Shown piece after piece: positions 17,245 through 27,900 of a stretch of DNA of 37,509 bases. The DNA comes from Myxococcales bacterium. GTDB taxonomy: Bacteria; Myxococcota_A; Polyangia; Fen-1088. The stretch covers positions 22,877-60,385 of the forward strand of contig PMLB01000125.1 in the NCBI GenBank assembly GCA_003158735.1. The letters run 5' to 3'. A program made the translations under genes and the position numbers. The stretch's first letter is position 1. The number at the start of each line of letters is the position of its first letter. The notes under the pieces were generated by a model. That model was not told where the DNA came from. It worked only from the letters and a program-made list of their open reading frames with translations, and made no database searches.

Positions 17245-18326
17245 GGCATGGTCCCGGCCAGCCTAAGCAGACCGGCTGTCTCCGAAAATCCGAACATGAG
17301 ATTTGCGTTCTGCACGGCCTGTCCGGCTGCCCCCTTGACCAGATTATCGATGGCCGCAAACGACACCACCATGCCAAGCCTGGCGTCGGCGGACGCACCC
17401 AGCACCACGCGGTTGGTTCCCACCGCGGCCTGCAGGCGAACTTCCTCGGGGGCCACCACGCGGATAAAGGGCCGCTCCTCGGCGAAATCGTCGAGCGCCT
17501 TGCGCACGCCGCCGACCGGGTCGCTGCCCCCGGTGCCGTGGCGCAACCGTCCGTACGCCGTGGCCAAGATGCCCCGCCGCACAGGAAGCAGGTGGGGAAT
17601 GAAGGTGACGCGCACATGGGGCGCGCCGCCCAAGGCCAGGGCCATCTCGATTTCAGGCGCGTGTTGGTGACGGAAAATTCGATAGGCGTGCACGTCGTCC
17701 GCCACCTCGGAGAACGACATCTCCTCGTTGGCCTTGCGGCCCGCGCCTGTGGTTCCGCTCTTGGCGTCGATAATCGCCGAATCCGCTTCCATGAAGCCCG
17801 CGCGCAGAAGTGGCAGCACGGCCAGCACCGAAGCCGTCGCGTAGCAGCCCGGGTTGGAAATCAGCCTCGCCGTGCGCAGTTTCTCGGCGTTGCGGGTGGC
17901 CTCAGGCAGGGAGTACACCGCCTCGGTCAGCAACGCTGGCGCAGGATGGGTAAAGCCGTACCACTGCGGGAACTGGTCAGCCGCCAGCCGGAACCCACCC
18001 GACAGATCCACCACACGCGCGCCCGCGGCCAGCGCACGCGGCGCCAGCTCGACCGAAACCTCGGCCGGCGTGCACAGAAAAACCACGTCCACCTCGCCCA
18101 GGTGGGCTTGGCCCTGCTCGTGGGTAAGGCAAGTCAGATCCGCCGCGGGTCCAGCCACGGCCAGGCGGTCGCCCAGACGCTTGCCGGCCCACTTGTCGCT
18201 GGTCGCCAGCCCGATGGAGAAGTGCGGATGGCCGGCCAGGATGCGGGCCAGTTCCATCCCGGAATAGCCGGAAACGCCGACGATGCCGGCCCGCCTTGGT
18301 GAAATGTCAACCGGGATGCTGCTCAT
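17241..18326 (-). CDS. argC: N-acetyl-gamma-glutamyl-phosphate reductase
   Basis: VGVSGYSG, DLSGGFRL, SNPGCYAT, KSGTTGAGR, HQHAPEI, IDNLVKGAAGQAVQNAN. Confidence 0.96.
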   Translation of the reverse strand: MSSIPVDISPRRAGIVGVSGYSGMELARILAGHPHFSIGLATSDKWAGKRLGDRLAVAGPAADLTCLTHEQGQAHLGEVDVVFLCTPAEVSVELAPRALAAGARVVDLSGGFRLAADQFPQWYGFTHPAPALLTEAVYSLPEATRNAEKLRTARLISNPGCYATASVLAVLPLLRAGFMEADSAIIDAKSGTTGAGRKANEEMSFSEVADDVHAYRIFRHQHAPEIEMALALGGAPHVRVTFIPHLLPVRRGILATAYGRLRHGTGGSDPVGGVRKALDDFAEERPFIRVVAPEEVRLQAAVGTNRVVLGASADARLGMVVSFAAIDNLVKGAAGQAVQNANLMFGFSETAGLLRLAGTMP

Positions 18327-18358
18327 GAGTGCACGTAATCATACTCGATGGTTCGGGA

Positions 18359-18820
18359 TCAACCGGTGTGTCCGAACCCACCGCCACCGCGCTGGGTGTT
18401 CGATAGCCCCGCCACTTCCTCGACGGCCACCTGAATGACCGGCGCAATCACCATCTGGGCCACGCGATCACCAGGCTGAACCACGACCGGCTGCTGGGAC
18501 AGGTTGACCAGCAAGACCACGACCTCGCCTCGGTAGTCGCTGTCGATGGTTCCTGGGGCATTCACCACGGTCAGCCCCGACCGCCAAGCCAACCCCGAAC
18601 GCGGACGCACCTGCGCCTCGTAGCCCAGCGGCAGTTCCATGGCCCATCCGGTGGGGATGCCCACCCGCTCGCCCGCAGGCACAGTCACCGGCCCGTCGGC
18701 AGCGGACGCCAGGTCCATGCCGGCCGAGCCCGGTGTCATGTAGTGCGGAAGGACCGCGGTCGGCCGCAGGCGGCAGAAACGCACCGGAATCGTACAAGCA
18801 GCAGAATGAGGAGAGGTCAC
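18359..18820 (-). CDS. dut: dUTP diphosphatase
   Basis: SAGMDL, RPRSGLA, PGTIDSDYRGEV, GDRVAQ, RGGGGFGHTG. TACAAT lies 10 nt upstream of the GTG. Confidence 0.96.
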   Translation of the reverse strand: MTSPHSAACTIPVRFCRLRPTAVLPHYMTPGSAGMDLASAADGPVTVPAGERVGIPTGWAMELPLGYEAQVRPRSGLAWRSGLTVVNAPGTIDSDYRGEVVVLLVNLSQQPVVVQPGDRVAQMVIAPVIQVAVEEVAGLSNTQRGGGGFGHTG

Positions 18821-18931
18821 GGCGGGAACGATTGTACTGCACCCGGAAGCCCGCGCCAGCCGACACGAATGGCAGTATCATCATCAAAGAAATGCCCACC
18901 GACCTCGCGGTCATTATGTCATTCTCGCTTT

Positions 18932-18959
18932 TCTGTAAGGTTGAGGGGCCTCGCGCTAC
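18932..18959 (+). promoter_or_regulatory. Candidate ECF-sigma promoter (module 1, autoregulatory copy): TGTAAG-N16-CTAC
   Basis: TCTGTAAGGT-N11-GCGCTAC, identical in both blocks and in spacing to 21647-21674. Confidence 0.7.
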
Positions 18960-18980
18960 CAAACGACGTTGGCCTCTTTC

Positions 18981-19559
18981 ATGCGCAAACCGCCGCCATC
19001 TGCCTCACCCCCGAGAGAATCCTTGGATTCAGTCGGGCTGGGCTCGGCGGATTCACTGGCCGAGCTGTACGATCGCTATGCCCCGCAGGTCGAACGCTGG
19101 GCTCGCCGGCTGGCCGGCCCACGCTTCGACGCCGAGGATCTCTTGCACGACGTATTTCTGGTTGTGCTGCGCCGGCACCACGAATTCCGCGACGAGGCCC
19201 GCATCACGACTTGGTTGTTTCGTATCACAGCCCAGGTGGTGCGCTGGCGGCGCCGCAACGATGTTCTCCGCCGCTGGCTGTGGGGTCTGCACGGACAGGC
19301 ACTGGCGGAATCAAGATCCAACGGCCCCACTCCCGTCGAGGAGATTGAACGGCGCGAGGAAGGCCTGCGCCTATACGCGGCCATGGATCGCCTGCCGGAG
19401 AAGTATCGGACCGTTCTGATCCTGTCCGCACTCGAAGAATCCAGCGGCGAAGACATCGCCGCGCTGCTTGGCATCGAAACCAACACCGTGTGGGTCCGTC
19501 TGCACCGCGCCCGCGCCAAGCTGGCTGATTTGCTCACCCAAGAGGAAGGGTTGCCATGA
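18981..19559 (+). CDS. ECF-family sigma-70 factor (module 1)
   Basis: Region 2 LYDRY...DAEDLLHDVF...TTWLFRI and region 4 LPEKYRTVLIL...EDIAALLGI..NTVWVRLHRAR. Alternative TTG start at 18969. Confidence 0.93.
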   Translation: MRKPPPSASPPRESLDSVGLGSADSLAELYDRYAPQVERWARRLAGPRFDAEDLLHDVFLVVLRRHHEFRDEARITTWLFRITAQVVRWRRRNDVLRRWLWGLHGQALAESRSNGPTPVEEIERREEGLRLYAAMDRLPEKYRTVLILSALEESSGEDIAALLGIETNTVWVRLHRARAKLADLLTQEEGLP

Positions 19560-20767
19560 GCGAAAGCAAACCCACCCCCGTAGTCCTGAGGCGTGATCGG
19601 GGACTGGCCCTGGCAGACGCATTGCTGGAGAGCAACCGGCGATTGCAGCCTTTGCCTGCCGCTGCCCATGATCGCGTGAAGCGCCGGTTGCGCGCACGCC
19701 TGTACAGCCCTGCGTCCCGACGCGCGCGTTGGCTGCGTCCAGTCGTGGTTACAGGCTCACTGCTGCTCTGGGGAACCGCGTTTGGCATCGCCATCGATCG
19801 CTTCGTGATCAAACGCGATTCTTCGCCAGGTCCGCAGGTACAACCAGCCTCCGCCCCTGACAACCCTCGCGCGCGGCGATCGTGGGCCCGGCCGGAAAGG
19901 CCGATCTTTGTCGAGAGCGATCGAACAATTCCCTCTGAGCCAGCCCTTCTGCAGGAGGTCGCTGCTCCGAGTGTTGAGCCGCCCGCGCCCGCAAAACCCG
20001 CGACCACCTTGCCGCCGCTGGCCGCCCCTGCACACCCGCGGACTTCACACGCTGCAGGTCCTGTCGCGCGTCCTGCTCCGACGCGCGTTGCCTTCACAAA
20101 TCAGTCTGCGGCGACCGTCCCCGCAGCCGATCGCGAGTCTCTGCCCGCAACTGGACCGACGACTCCGCCGGCCTTGCCAGCACCGCGGGCTGAGGCCGCT
20201 GCCCCTGCCCCTGTGGCCGCGGTATTGACCACTGCTCCGGTACCGCCCCGCCCGCCCGAGAAGGCGGTTGCGCCGGCGGAGAGTCTGAGCGAGGAGCGGC
20301 TGCTGGCCGCGGCCGTGCGTTCTCTGCGCGCGAAGCAGGATGCGGCTTCTGCCTTGGCCGCCCTCGATGTCTATCAAGCCCGCTATCCGCAGGGCCGGCT
20401 GTCTGTCGAGGCGACCGTGCTCCGCATCGACGCGCTTACCGCCCTGCACCGACAACCCGAGGCCTTGCGTTCTCTCGATGAACTCGATCTCGGCCGCGTG
20501 CCAGGCGGCCTTGAGCGCCGCCTGCAGCGGGCCGAATTGCGCGCAGCCAGCGTGCGTTTTCGTGAAGCCATCGCTGATTTCGATGGGGTGCTGGCGCAGG
20601 CTCGGGGCACGGACGCCATCGAGCGCGCACTGGCAGGTCGCGCCAGGTGCCGTCAGCGACTTGGCGATGGCACAGCGGCGCGCGCGGACGCCATCGAGTA
20701 TCTGCAGCGCTTCCCCTCGGGGCCGTTCGCCCCGCAGGCGCGCGACATGGCCAAGGTAGGCCCGTAG
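19556..20767 (+). CDS. Single-TM, Pro-rich, C-terminal TPR protein; putative anti-sigma factor (module 1)
   Basis: ATGA-coupled to the sigma gene. TM VVVTGSLLLWGTAFGIAI, a Pro/Ala linker, then EERLLAAAVRSL...ALAALDVYQARYPQGRLSVEA and YLQRFPSGPFA. The anti-sigma role is inferred. Confidence 0.7.
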   Translation: MSESKPTPVVLRRDRGLALADALLESNRRLQPLPAAAHDRVKRRLRARLYSPASRRARWLRPVVVTGSLLLWGTAFGIAIDRFVIKRDSSPGPQVQPASAPDNPRARRSWARPERPIFVESDRTIPSEPALLQEVAAPSVEPPAPAKPATTLPPLAAPAHPRTSHAAGPVARPAPTRVAFTNQSAATVPAADRESLPATGPTTPPALPAPRAEAAAPAPVAAVLTTAPVPPRPPEKAVAPAESLSEERLLAAAVRSLRAKQDAASALAALDVYQARYPQGRLSVEATVLRIDALTALHRQPEALRSLDELDLGRVPGGLERRLQRAELRAASVRFREAIADFDGVLAQARGTDAIERALAGRARCRQRLGDGTAARADAIEYLQRFPSGPFAPQARDMAKVGP

Positions 20768-20782
20768 AGACGGCCGGCCCTG

Positions 20783-21646
20783 ATGACCCCCGCATCGATC
20801 GTCGCTCTGTTGCTGGCGCTGCAGCCCCATGTGGCATCTGACAGTAATTGCCCGTCGGCCCGCGATATCGAGGACAACTTGTCGGTGTTGTTGCCCGCCG
20901 AAGTGGTCCGGCCGGGAACCGCGGCCGTGATCTCGCGCGCCGATGGGCTGGCCATTCACCTGCAGCCCGAAGGTACCGAGCAGAGCGAAGAGCGATCGAT
21001 CGCGGTTGGCAGCGGCTGCGAGGAGCGCGCCAAGGCCGCGGCCGTAGCCATCGCCACCTGGTGGCCGACCCAACCGGCCGCCAGGGACAGCACGCCCGCG
21101 CCCGTGGCTGTGACGCTTGTCACGCCAGCCCTGCGCCCGAAGGCGCGTGTCGTGACTGTGGCCGCGGGTGGCTTCGCGTCGCTGATCGCCGGCAGTGCGG
21201 CTCCAGGGGTGCGCGCGGAAGTAGCGTGGGCGCCTTGGGCCAGCGCCCTGGCTTTTCGTCTGGACTTGGCAGGCACTGGCGCCCATGGCGCAAGCCTGAG
21301 TCCTGGCCAGGTACAATTCCGCCGCATGGCCGGCGAGGCAGGCGCGGCCTGGTCGCGCGGTCCCTTGCGCCTCGACGGGGCGGCAGTCGTCAGCCTGGTT
21401 TTCGTCGAGGGACAGGGCTACGCCTCGAACCAACAGTCGAGTGGGACATCCCTGGGCCTCAGCGCCGGAGGCCGCCTGAGTTGGGCCCTGGGACGCTGGG
21501 CTCCCTGGCTGGAATTGCGCGGCGTCGCCTGGCCGCAATCGCAGCGAATTTTCGTAACTGACTCGGCGACCGGAACCCGCAGCCAGCACAGCCTGCCGCA
21601 TGGCGAGCTACAATTGGGGGCCGGAATCTCGGTATCTCTGCTTTGA
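20783..21646 (+). CDS. Exported protein with a Cys pair, Pro linker and beta-strand-rich C-terminus; possible small outer-membrane barrel (module 1)
   Basis: Signal-like N-terminus, NCPS...SGCEERAKAAAVAIATW, and alternating-hydrophobic strands ending LQLGAGISVSLL. Paralogue of 33127-34137. Confidence 0.6.
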   Translation: MTPASIVALLLALQPHVASDSNCPSARDIEDNLSVLLPAEVVRPGTAAVISRADGLAIHLQPEGTEQSEERSIAVGSGCEERAKAAAVAIATWWPTQPAARDSTPAPVAVTLVTPALRPKARVVTVAAGGFASLIAGSAAPGVRAEVAWAPWASALAFRLDLAGTGAHGASLSPGQVQFRRMAGEAGAAWSRGPLRLDGAAVVSLVFVEGQGYASNQQSSGTSLGLSAGGRLSWALGRWAPWLELRGVAWPQSQRIFVTDSATGTRSQHSLPHGELQLGAGISVSLL

Positions 21647-21674
21647 TCTGTAAGGTCTGGCGCGGCTGCGCTAC
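21647..21674 (+). promoter_or_regulatory. Candidate ECF-sigma promoter (module 1, target copy): TGTAAG-N16-CTAC
   Basis: TCTGTAAGGT-N11-GCGCTAC starts immediately after the upstream stop and ends 9 nt before ATG 21684. Confidence 0.7.
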
Positions 21675-21683
21675 TGGAGCGAC

Positions 21684-23882
21684 ATGACAACCAATAACTT
21701 GTTTCGTGTGATGGCGACGGTCCTTTGCTTCACTGCCGCGTGCAAGGGCGATTTCGCAGCCGGAATTACTGGCAGCGGCAAAGACGGCTCCGCACGAGAG
21801 ACGGGCGCCTTGCAAGACGGCGGGAATCCGAACGCACAAGAGGCTGCACCTCCGAGCAGCACTGGCTCGGTTTCCTGCGACCCATTCCAACCGACCACCA
21901 AACCCATCACGCTTACCAATGTGATTGGCGTTGGCCAGGACACGGACGGGACCCTGTATGTCGTCGATCAACCGCAGCCCGGCGGTGAGCGCGTATTCGT
22001 CTCGTCGGGCGCCACGCTGCAGCGCCAGCGCATTGCCGGATCGGGGATCGATGGCTACAGCTACACCTTCTCCATCAGTGATCACATTCCGCCGTTCACC
22101 CTCAGACTGGACACGAATACCGCGGGTCCCACAGCCATGGGCGTGCTGCTGGGAACGACAGACGGCAAGACCTTCACCATCGGCCAGCAGGGCAACGTTC
22201 TCACGCTGGTTTCCGCCTCCCAGATCGCTGCCATGCCCGTCGCTAACCTTCCCGCAGAAACCATCGTCGAATGCGATGCAACCATTCCCGACGGACGCGT
22301 TTTGTTGGTGGTTCGTCCTCGCGATGACTGGACTCTGGAAGATTTGCGTGTGTTCTTCGGCACCCAGGGCGACCTGATCGAGCGACCCGTGGATCACGTG
22401 GATCGGCTTATGGGAGGTGATGGGACCTTCGTCTACTTCACGATCGACGGTGTGGCGGCCTCCGCTACCTACCCGCTCACCCTGACCATTGGCACCACTT
22501 CGTTCCCCTTGACCTTGGTGCTAACGGATTCCCCGCCCGCTGGAGAAAGCTACTTCTGTCTCGGGAATCCATCTCCTGATGGTGGCGCTGATGCTTGGGT
22601 GCCGCCCGCAGACGGGCCGTCGTGCCGCGCGCCTTCGCCTGATTATGGGCCGACGTCGGTCTTCCCGTTCCTCCCCGATGGCACCCCGGCGGCAACCACC
22701 ACCTGCCCCGCGGCGTGCGGAGACTCGGCGTGGCCACCGGGTTTTTCGTCGTTTCCCAACATCGACATTGCGCTTCCCTACGGATCGTGCGCGCCTGGCA
22801 CTCCCTCATGCTCGACAGGTGCGACGGTTCCGTGTGCCTGTGCCCAGGGAACGGGGGGACCCGTGCACGGCTTCAACTGTAGCTGCGAGGGTGGCACCTG
22901 GATCTGTGGTATCCGTACGGCCGGTGGGGCGATGTGTATGCCGTGTCCGGACGCTGGCGTGAGTGATGGCTTACCAAGCGGAGACGGCGCGAGCAAGCCT
23001 GACGGGTTGAATCTCACCGGGCTGACAGCGATGACACTCACCGTGACCTGGATCCCGCGGACGTCTGACCCCCCCGGTGCGTGCCACACCGATACCAAGA
23101 ACGTCTATTCCTTGGACATTCAGACTCGGGTGCTCAACTGGGAGCATTGTGCAGTCGATCCCAACACGGCAGCCGCCTACCGCAAGACCGAGACCCAGAC
23201 ACTCACAGGCTACGAGGTGACGGCCGCGCGGATGCTGCTCGCCTTCCTGTCGACAAGCAACCGGACCCAATGTGGGGCCGACGCGGATACCGAAACCCTT
23301 GACCTGACGTTTCCAGACCGGGTCCAAAAATACCAAGACGACTTCTATGCCTGCAACCCGCCACTCGACGGTCGAACCTATATCGCCAACATCACATGGA
23401 TCAGAGAATGGTTGGGCCAGTTGGGCCAGAATATGAATCCGCTTCCCAGCAGTTTCGTGAGCCTGTCGGTGACGTCCGATCTCAACCCCTTTGCCAGCGA
23501 CACAGCGATGACGGCCGCGACAGCGGCGTGCGGAGATGCTGTCTACCCCACGTACGATGTCACCGCGGCAACCAAGAAGCTCAGCTGGTCGACCTGCGTA
23601 TCCAGTTCGACTGGCTACAAGCTGCAGACCGGCAATCGAGTCCTGAGTCAAAGCGAATTCGCGAGTGTCATGCAAAGCTGGTCGGCAATTCAACCCGGCG
23701 CAACTGGAGACTGCTCCACGCCGCGCACCTCAAAGGAGATGGTGCTCACGACGGCGCCGAATGTGCCTTCGGCTTACTACCTGAACGATCTCGCTGTCTG
23801 CAGCCTCTCCAGCTACAACGGCTCCATGCCCGTTGTCGGGTTGGATGACTTCTCGGCGCTGCTTGTGTCGTTGGCTCACTAA
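21684..23882 (+). CDS. Multidomain Cys-rich lipoprotein of unknown function
   Basis: Lipobox FTAAC, a beta-rich N-domain, a Cys-rich middle, and two tandem ~140-aa four-Cys domains at the C-terminus. GGAG RBS. Confidence 0.75.
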   Translation: MTTNNLFRVMATVLCFTAACKGDFAAGITGSGKDGSARETGALQDGGNPNAQEAAPPSSTGSVSCDPFQPTTKPITLTNVIGVGQDTDGTLYVVDQPQPGGERVFVSSGATLQRQRIAGSGIDGYSYTFSISDHIPPFTLRLDTNTAGPTAMGVLLGTTDGKTFTIGQQGNVLTLVSASQIAAMPVANLPAETIVECDATIPDGRVLLVVRPRDDWTLEDLRVFFGTQGDLIERPVDHVDRLMGGDGTFVYFTIDGVAASATYPLTLTIGTTSFPLTLVLTDSPPAGESYFCLGNPSPDGGADAWVPPADGPSCRAPSPDYGPTSVFPFLPDGTPAATTTCPAACGDSAWPPGFSSFPNIDIALPYGSCAPGTPSCSTGATVPCACAQGTGGPVHGFNCSCEGGTWICGIRTAGGAMCMPCPDAGVSDGLPSGDGASKPDGLNLTGLTAMTLTVTWIPRTSDPPGACHTDTKNVYSLDIQTRVLNWEHCAVDPNTAAAYRKTETQTLTGYEVTAARMLLAFLSTSNRTQCGADADTETLDLTFPDRVQKYQDDFYACNPPLDGRTYIANITWIREWLGQLGQNMNPLPSSFVSLSVTSDLNPFASDTAMTAATAACGDAVYPTYDVTAATKKLSWSTCVSSSTGYKLQTGNRVLSQSEFASVMQSWSAIQPGATGDCSTPRTSKEMVLTTAPNVPSAYYLNDLAVCSLSSYNGSMPVVGLDDFSALLVSLAH

Positions 23883-23978
23883 CCTCCCCTTCTTGAGGCT
23901 GCCCTCCCGTAGCGAAGCTGCTACACTTTGCGCCTGCCGGGCCCGGCGGCCCGGGAAATTTGGAAAGGGAGGGCACCC

Positions 23979-24899
23979 ATGGCTGAGAACAGGCGCATTC
24001 GCAAGGTTGTCAGGAGTCGCGCGACCATCGAGGGAGCGGGCGTTCATCTGCATCGGGCTATCGGCTTCGGCGATCCGACGCTGTGCGATCCGTTTCTTCT
24101 GTTTGACGACTTTCGCTCGGACAGGCCCGAGCACTATCTCAAGGGATTCCCCTGGCATCCCCATCGCGGCATAGAAACCATCACCTACGTCCTGCGCGGC
24201 GATGTCGAACACGGCGACAGTCTGGGCAACAGCGGCGTGATCTCGTCCGGCGACGTGCAGTGGATGACCGCTGGCAGCGGCATCGTTCACCAGGAAATGC
24301 CCAAGGGCGATCCCCAGGGCGCGATGTACGGCTTCCAGCTGTGGGCCAACCTACCCGCAGCCCAGAAGATGATGGACCCGCGCTACCGGGGGTTTGTCAG
24401 CGCCCAGATTCCCGAGGCCGCGCTGGCGAACGGCGTTCGCATCAAGGTCATCGCTGGTGCCGCCGACGGCGTAACCGGCCCGGTACGCGACGTGGTCACT
24501 GCGCCCGAGTATCTCGACGTCACCGTGCCCGCGGGCGTGACCTTCACCCGGGCCACGCCGCGTGGCCACACCGTGCTGGCCTACGTGATCGGCGGCAAAG
24601 CCGTGTTCTGCCAGCAAAGCGATCCCTACAGCTACGAGGCCGAGGGCGGCAACTACTTCGACATGGAACGAAGCGCGCAGTTAGGCGACGGCCACATGGT
24701 GATCTTCGCCGACGGCGACAGCGTGACTATCAAGGCCGGCGACGAGCCGGCGCGTTTTCTGCTGATTTCAGGCAAGCCCATCAAAGAGCCCGTCGCCTGG
24801 TACGGGCCCATCGTGATGAACACCCAGGAGGAACTGCGAGTCGCCTACGAAGAACTGCAGAACGGTACCTTCGTGAAGGTACGTGGCCGCGAAAAGTGA
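23979..24899 (+). CDS. Pirin-family protein
   Basis: EGAGV, DPFLLFD, GFPWHPHRGIETITY, HGDSLGN, GDVQWMTAGSGIVHQEMP, QLWANLP, YGPIVMNT. GGAGG RBS. Confidence 0.95.
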   Translation: MAENRRIRKVVRSRATIEGAGVHLHRAIGFGDPTLCDPFLLFDDFRSDRPEHYLKGFPWHPHRGIETITYVLRGDVEHGDSLGNSGVISSGDVQWMTAGSGIVHQEMPKGDPQGAMYGFQLWANLPAAQKMMDPRYRGFVSAQIPEAALANGVRIKVIAGAADGVTGPVRDVVTAPEYLDVTVPAGVTFTRATPRGHTVLAYVIGGKAVFCQQSDPYSYEAEGGNYFDMERSAQLGDGHMVIFADGDSVTIKAGDEPARFLLISGKPIKEPVAWYGPIVMNTQEELRVAYEELQNGTFVKVRGREK

Positions 24900-24972
24900 C
24901 AGCGGTCACATGACGCCCCGTCATTGTGGCAGAATCCGAACCATTCCGTCAGTGTGCCGGAGCCGCAAACGG

Positions 24973-27900
24973 CTACTTTTGGACGTAGATGATCTTCTTG
25001 CACGACGAGGTGCAAATACCATCGACGCCATTCTTGCTTCCGCTGTCGCACTCCTCGGGGCCGTTGGGATAACCATCGCCACAGTGGGGGCCCAACTTGC
25101 ATTGCGGAGTGCAGCCACCGTATGAGCCGTCGTTCTTGCCGTCGTCGCACTCCTCGTTTCCATTCACGATGCCGTCGCCGCAGTGAGGGGCGAAGACGCA
25201 ACTCGGGGCGCAGCCACCGTACTCGCCGTTGTTGTTGAGCGACCCGTCGTCACATTCTTCGGGCGGCTCGATCAAACCGTCGCCGCACCCACCTGGCAGA
25301 CGGCACGCGTCGGTGCAATTGGGATCGTTCGACATGGTGGGTTCGCATTCTTCCCCGTAGTCCGTGTCAATATTACCGTCGCCGCACCTGGGAGCCAAGC
25401 TGCAGTCGCTCTTGCAGGTTCCGTAGCTGCCGTCGTTGACGCCGTCGTCACATGCCTCGTCGCCATTCGTGATGCCGTCGCCGCAACGCCCGCCGCGCTT
25501 GCAGTTCGACGTACAGCCACCATACACAGCGTTGGGATCGCTGCTGGTTGCGTTCTTAGCGCCGTCGTCGCACTCCTCATCGAAGTCGGTTTGCACCACG
25601 CCATCGCCACATCGTGCGGGCAGCTTGCACCCTGGGGCGCAGCCCTTGGCTGAGCCATAGTCGTCGCTGTTGATGCCGTTGTCGCACTCCTCGCCGTCAC
25701 TGACCACGCCGTCGCCGCAATAGGGTCCCCACTTGCACTGCGAGGTACAGCCGGTGTACGCGGGTTTGTCGTTGGGACCCGGGCAGCTCGCGGGAGCTGT
25801 GCCGGTCCCGTCGCCGCAGTCGCACTCTTCCCCGCCCGTCACCACGCCGTCGCCGCAGCGAGGCTGGCAGGCGGATCGGGTCGTCGTGAAACCACTTAGG
25901 GTGAGCTGGTAGTTCGACTCGGGCGGGTGCCGGTCAGCGCCGAAGATCGCGATCTCGTAGACCTTGCCGGTGACCAGCCCCAGCGGGACGGTGCGCACGC
26001 GGAAATCATCCCCGTCCTTGGCCGTCGGAGGCAGGGGGGTAGTGTTGGTAGGCGAACAGGCGGCTGAGCCAGCGGTGACCCCAGTGATGTTTCCTGTTGC
26101 GTCGAGGCAGCCACCTTCCGTGACACTGGCGTTGCCGCCGGTTAGGTCGCTGACCGTCACTTTTCCAGGCAACTGCTGGTGGACGCCGCCGAGATCGAGG
26201 ACCAGAACGCCATTGATGAAGATGAAGAGATCGTCGTCGCCGTAGAAACTGAGACTGATGCCTGCGGCACCGTTGTAGACGAAGTAGTAGCGCGCCTCAT
26301 CAGTGAAGTAATTGTCATGCTTGACGCCGGGAGTATTTGCGACCCAGCAGCCATTGCTCAGCGGATTCTGGTTTGGGCAATCCGCCTGGACCACGCGCGG
26401 TGGGAAGAAATACTGGTCGCCTTGGCAGGTGGCCCAGATGGCAACGCCACTGCTATGGTTCCAGTAGGGCCATAGGTCACATAGCGTGACCTGGCTGGGA
26501 TTCAGCGGGTCGAGGGGGTAGAAGCCATTGTCCGGGCCAGCTAGATGCGTCTTGCTGGCGTACTGGTAGACATTTCCGCCGATGCTGGTCATTTCGAGAA
26601 CGTCTGTGAAGGTCTTGTTGACCGTGTTGTCATCGTTGAACCACTGCTTGAAGCTGGCGGCATCTTTGAATGCGGGTGTCGTCCCCAACCAAACCGGGCC
26701 GCCCGGGGTGCTCTGGGTATAGCGGACCAGTGTGCCGGCAGAAACGCCAGCGTTGCCGGTCACGATGACAGCCGTGCCGATATTTCCGCCCAAATAGCCG
26801 CCAGCCCCGTTGGAAAGAGGACTGTCGTTGCCGGCCTGGGTGTAGCCGCTGGGGATGTGGAGCGCAGCATTGCCGATGTTCCAGTCACTGAACTGGCAAG
26901 CGCAGGTCGTCGTGGTACCGGGCTGCGGCTTGCCGTTCAACAGATTCGCAGCCACGATTCCCCAACAACGTGCGGTCGAGTCGTTGCCCTTGGAAGGACC
27001 GCCCGAGTTGGGAACACAGATGGTCGTGGGCGAAGTCGAGGGCGATTTCTTCGTGCCCAGGAAAAAGAAGTCCGGGTGCCCGCCGGGAGAGACGTTTTCC
27101 GGCTGGAAGTCACGGTAGGTGATGGGGAGTTCGAGGCATTGTCCTGAGCCCGATTTGCACGTCGAGGAGTCCTGGGCGGTCGCAGGCGGGCAAGCGAAGC
27201 CACCTTCAACCTTGCACTTCGACGAACAACCATCGAGGTCCACCAAGTTTCCATCGTCGCAATCTTCGCCTGGATCGAGGTTTCCGTCGCCGCAGGCCGA
27301 GGTACAGGCCTGGGTCTTGCCCGTCGTGGGGTCCTGGCAGCTCGGCTCCTTGGTGCAAGTCTTGGAGCAGCCCTTGCCGTCGCCATAGAAGAGCCCGTTT
27401 ACGGCCTTGCATCCGGTTGGCAGATTGTTCGGGTCAATGCCGCAGTCGCACAGCTCGCTCTTCTCCACAATTCCGTTGCCACACTTGGCCGTTGTGCAAG
27501 TCTGTCCCGCCGTCGGACAGTCAGCGCCGGGCTCGATCTGGCAGGTGCTGGAGCAGCCATCGCCACTCGTGGTGTTGCCGTCGTCGCACTGTTCGCCTTT
27601 GAGGACCTTGCCGTCTCCGCACTTGGCCGTGCACGCCTTGCCAACCACCCGACACTGGAAACCAGTCTCGACCGTCTTACAATCGCTCGAGCAACCATCG
27701 CCGCTGACCGTGTTGCCGTCGTCGCACTGTTCGCTCCCTTCGAGCGCGCCATTGCCGCACTTGACGATCGGGCAGACGCACAACTGGCCCGGGGTACAAA
27801 CGCAGCCCGCGCCCTTCATCTTGCAGTCGGCCGAACAGCCGTCGCCATCCTTCATGTTGCCGTCGTCGCACACTTCGCCAATCGAAAGCTGGACAACGCC

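Noticed and set aside
20045-21601. 518-aa minus-strand ORF (likewise 16417-17670 and 31787-33187)
   Set aside because: Antisense to well-supported genes, with no recognisable domains.
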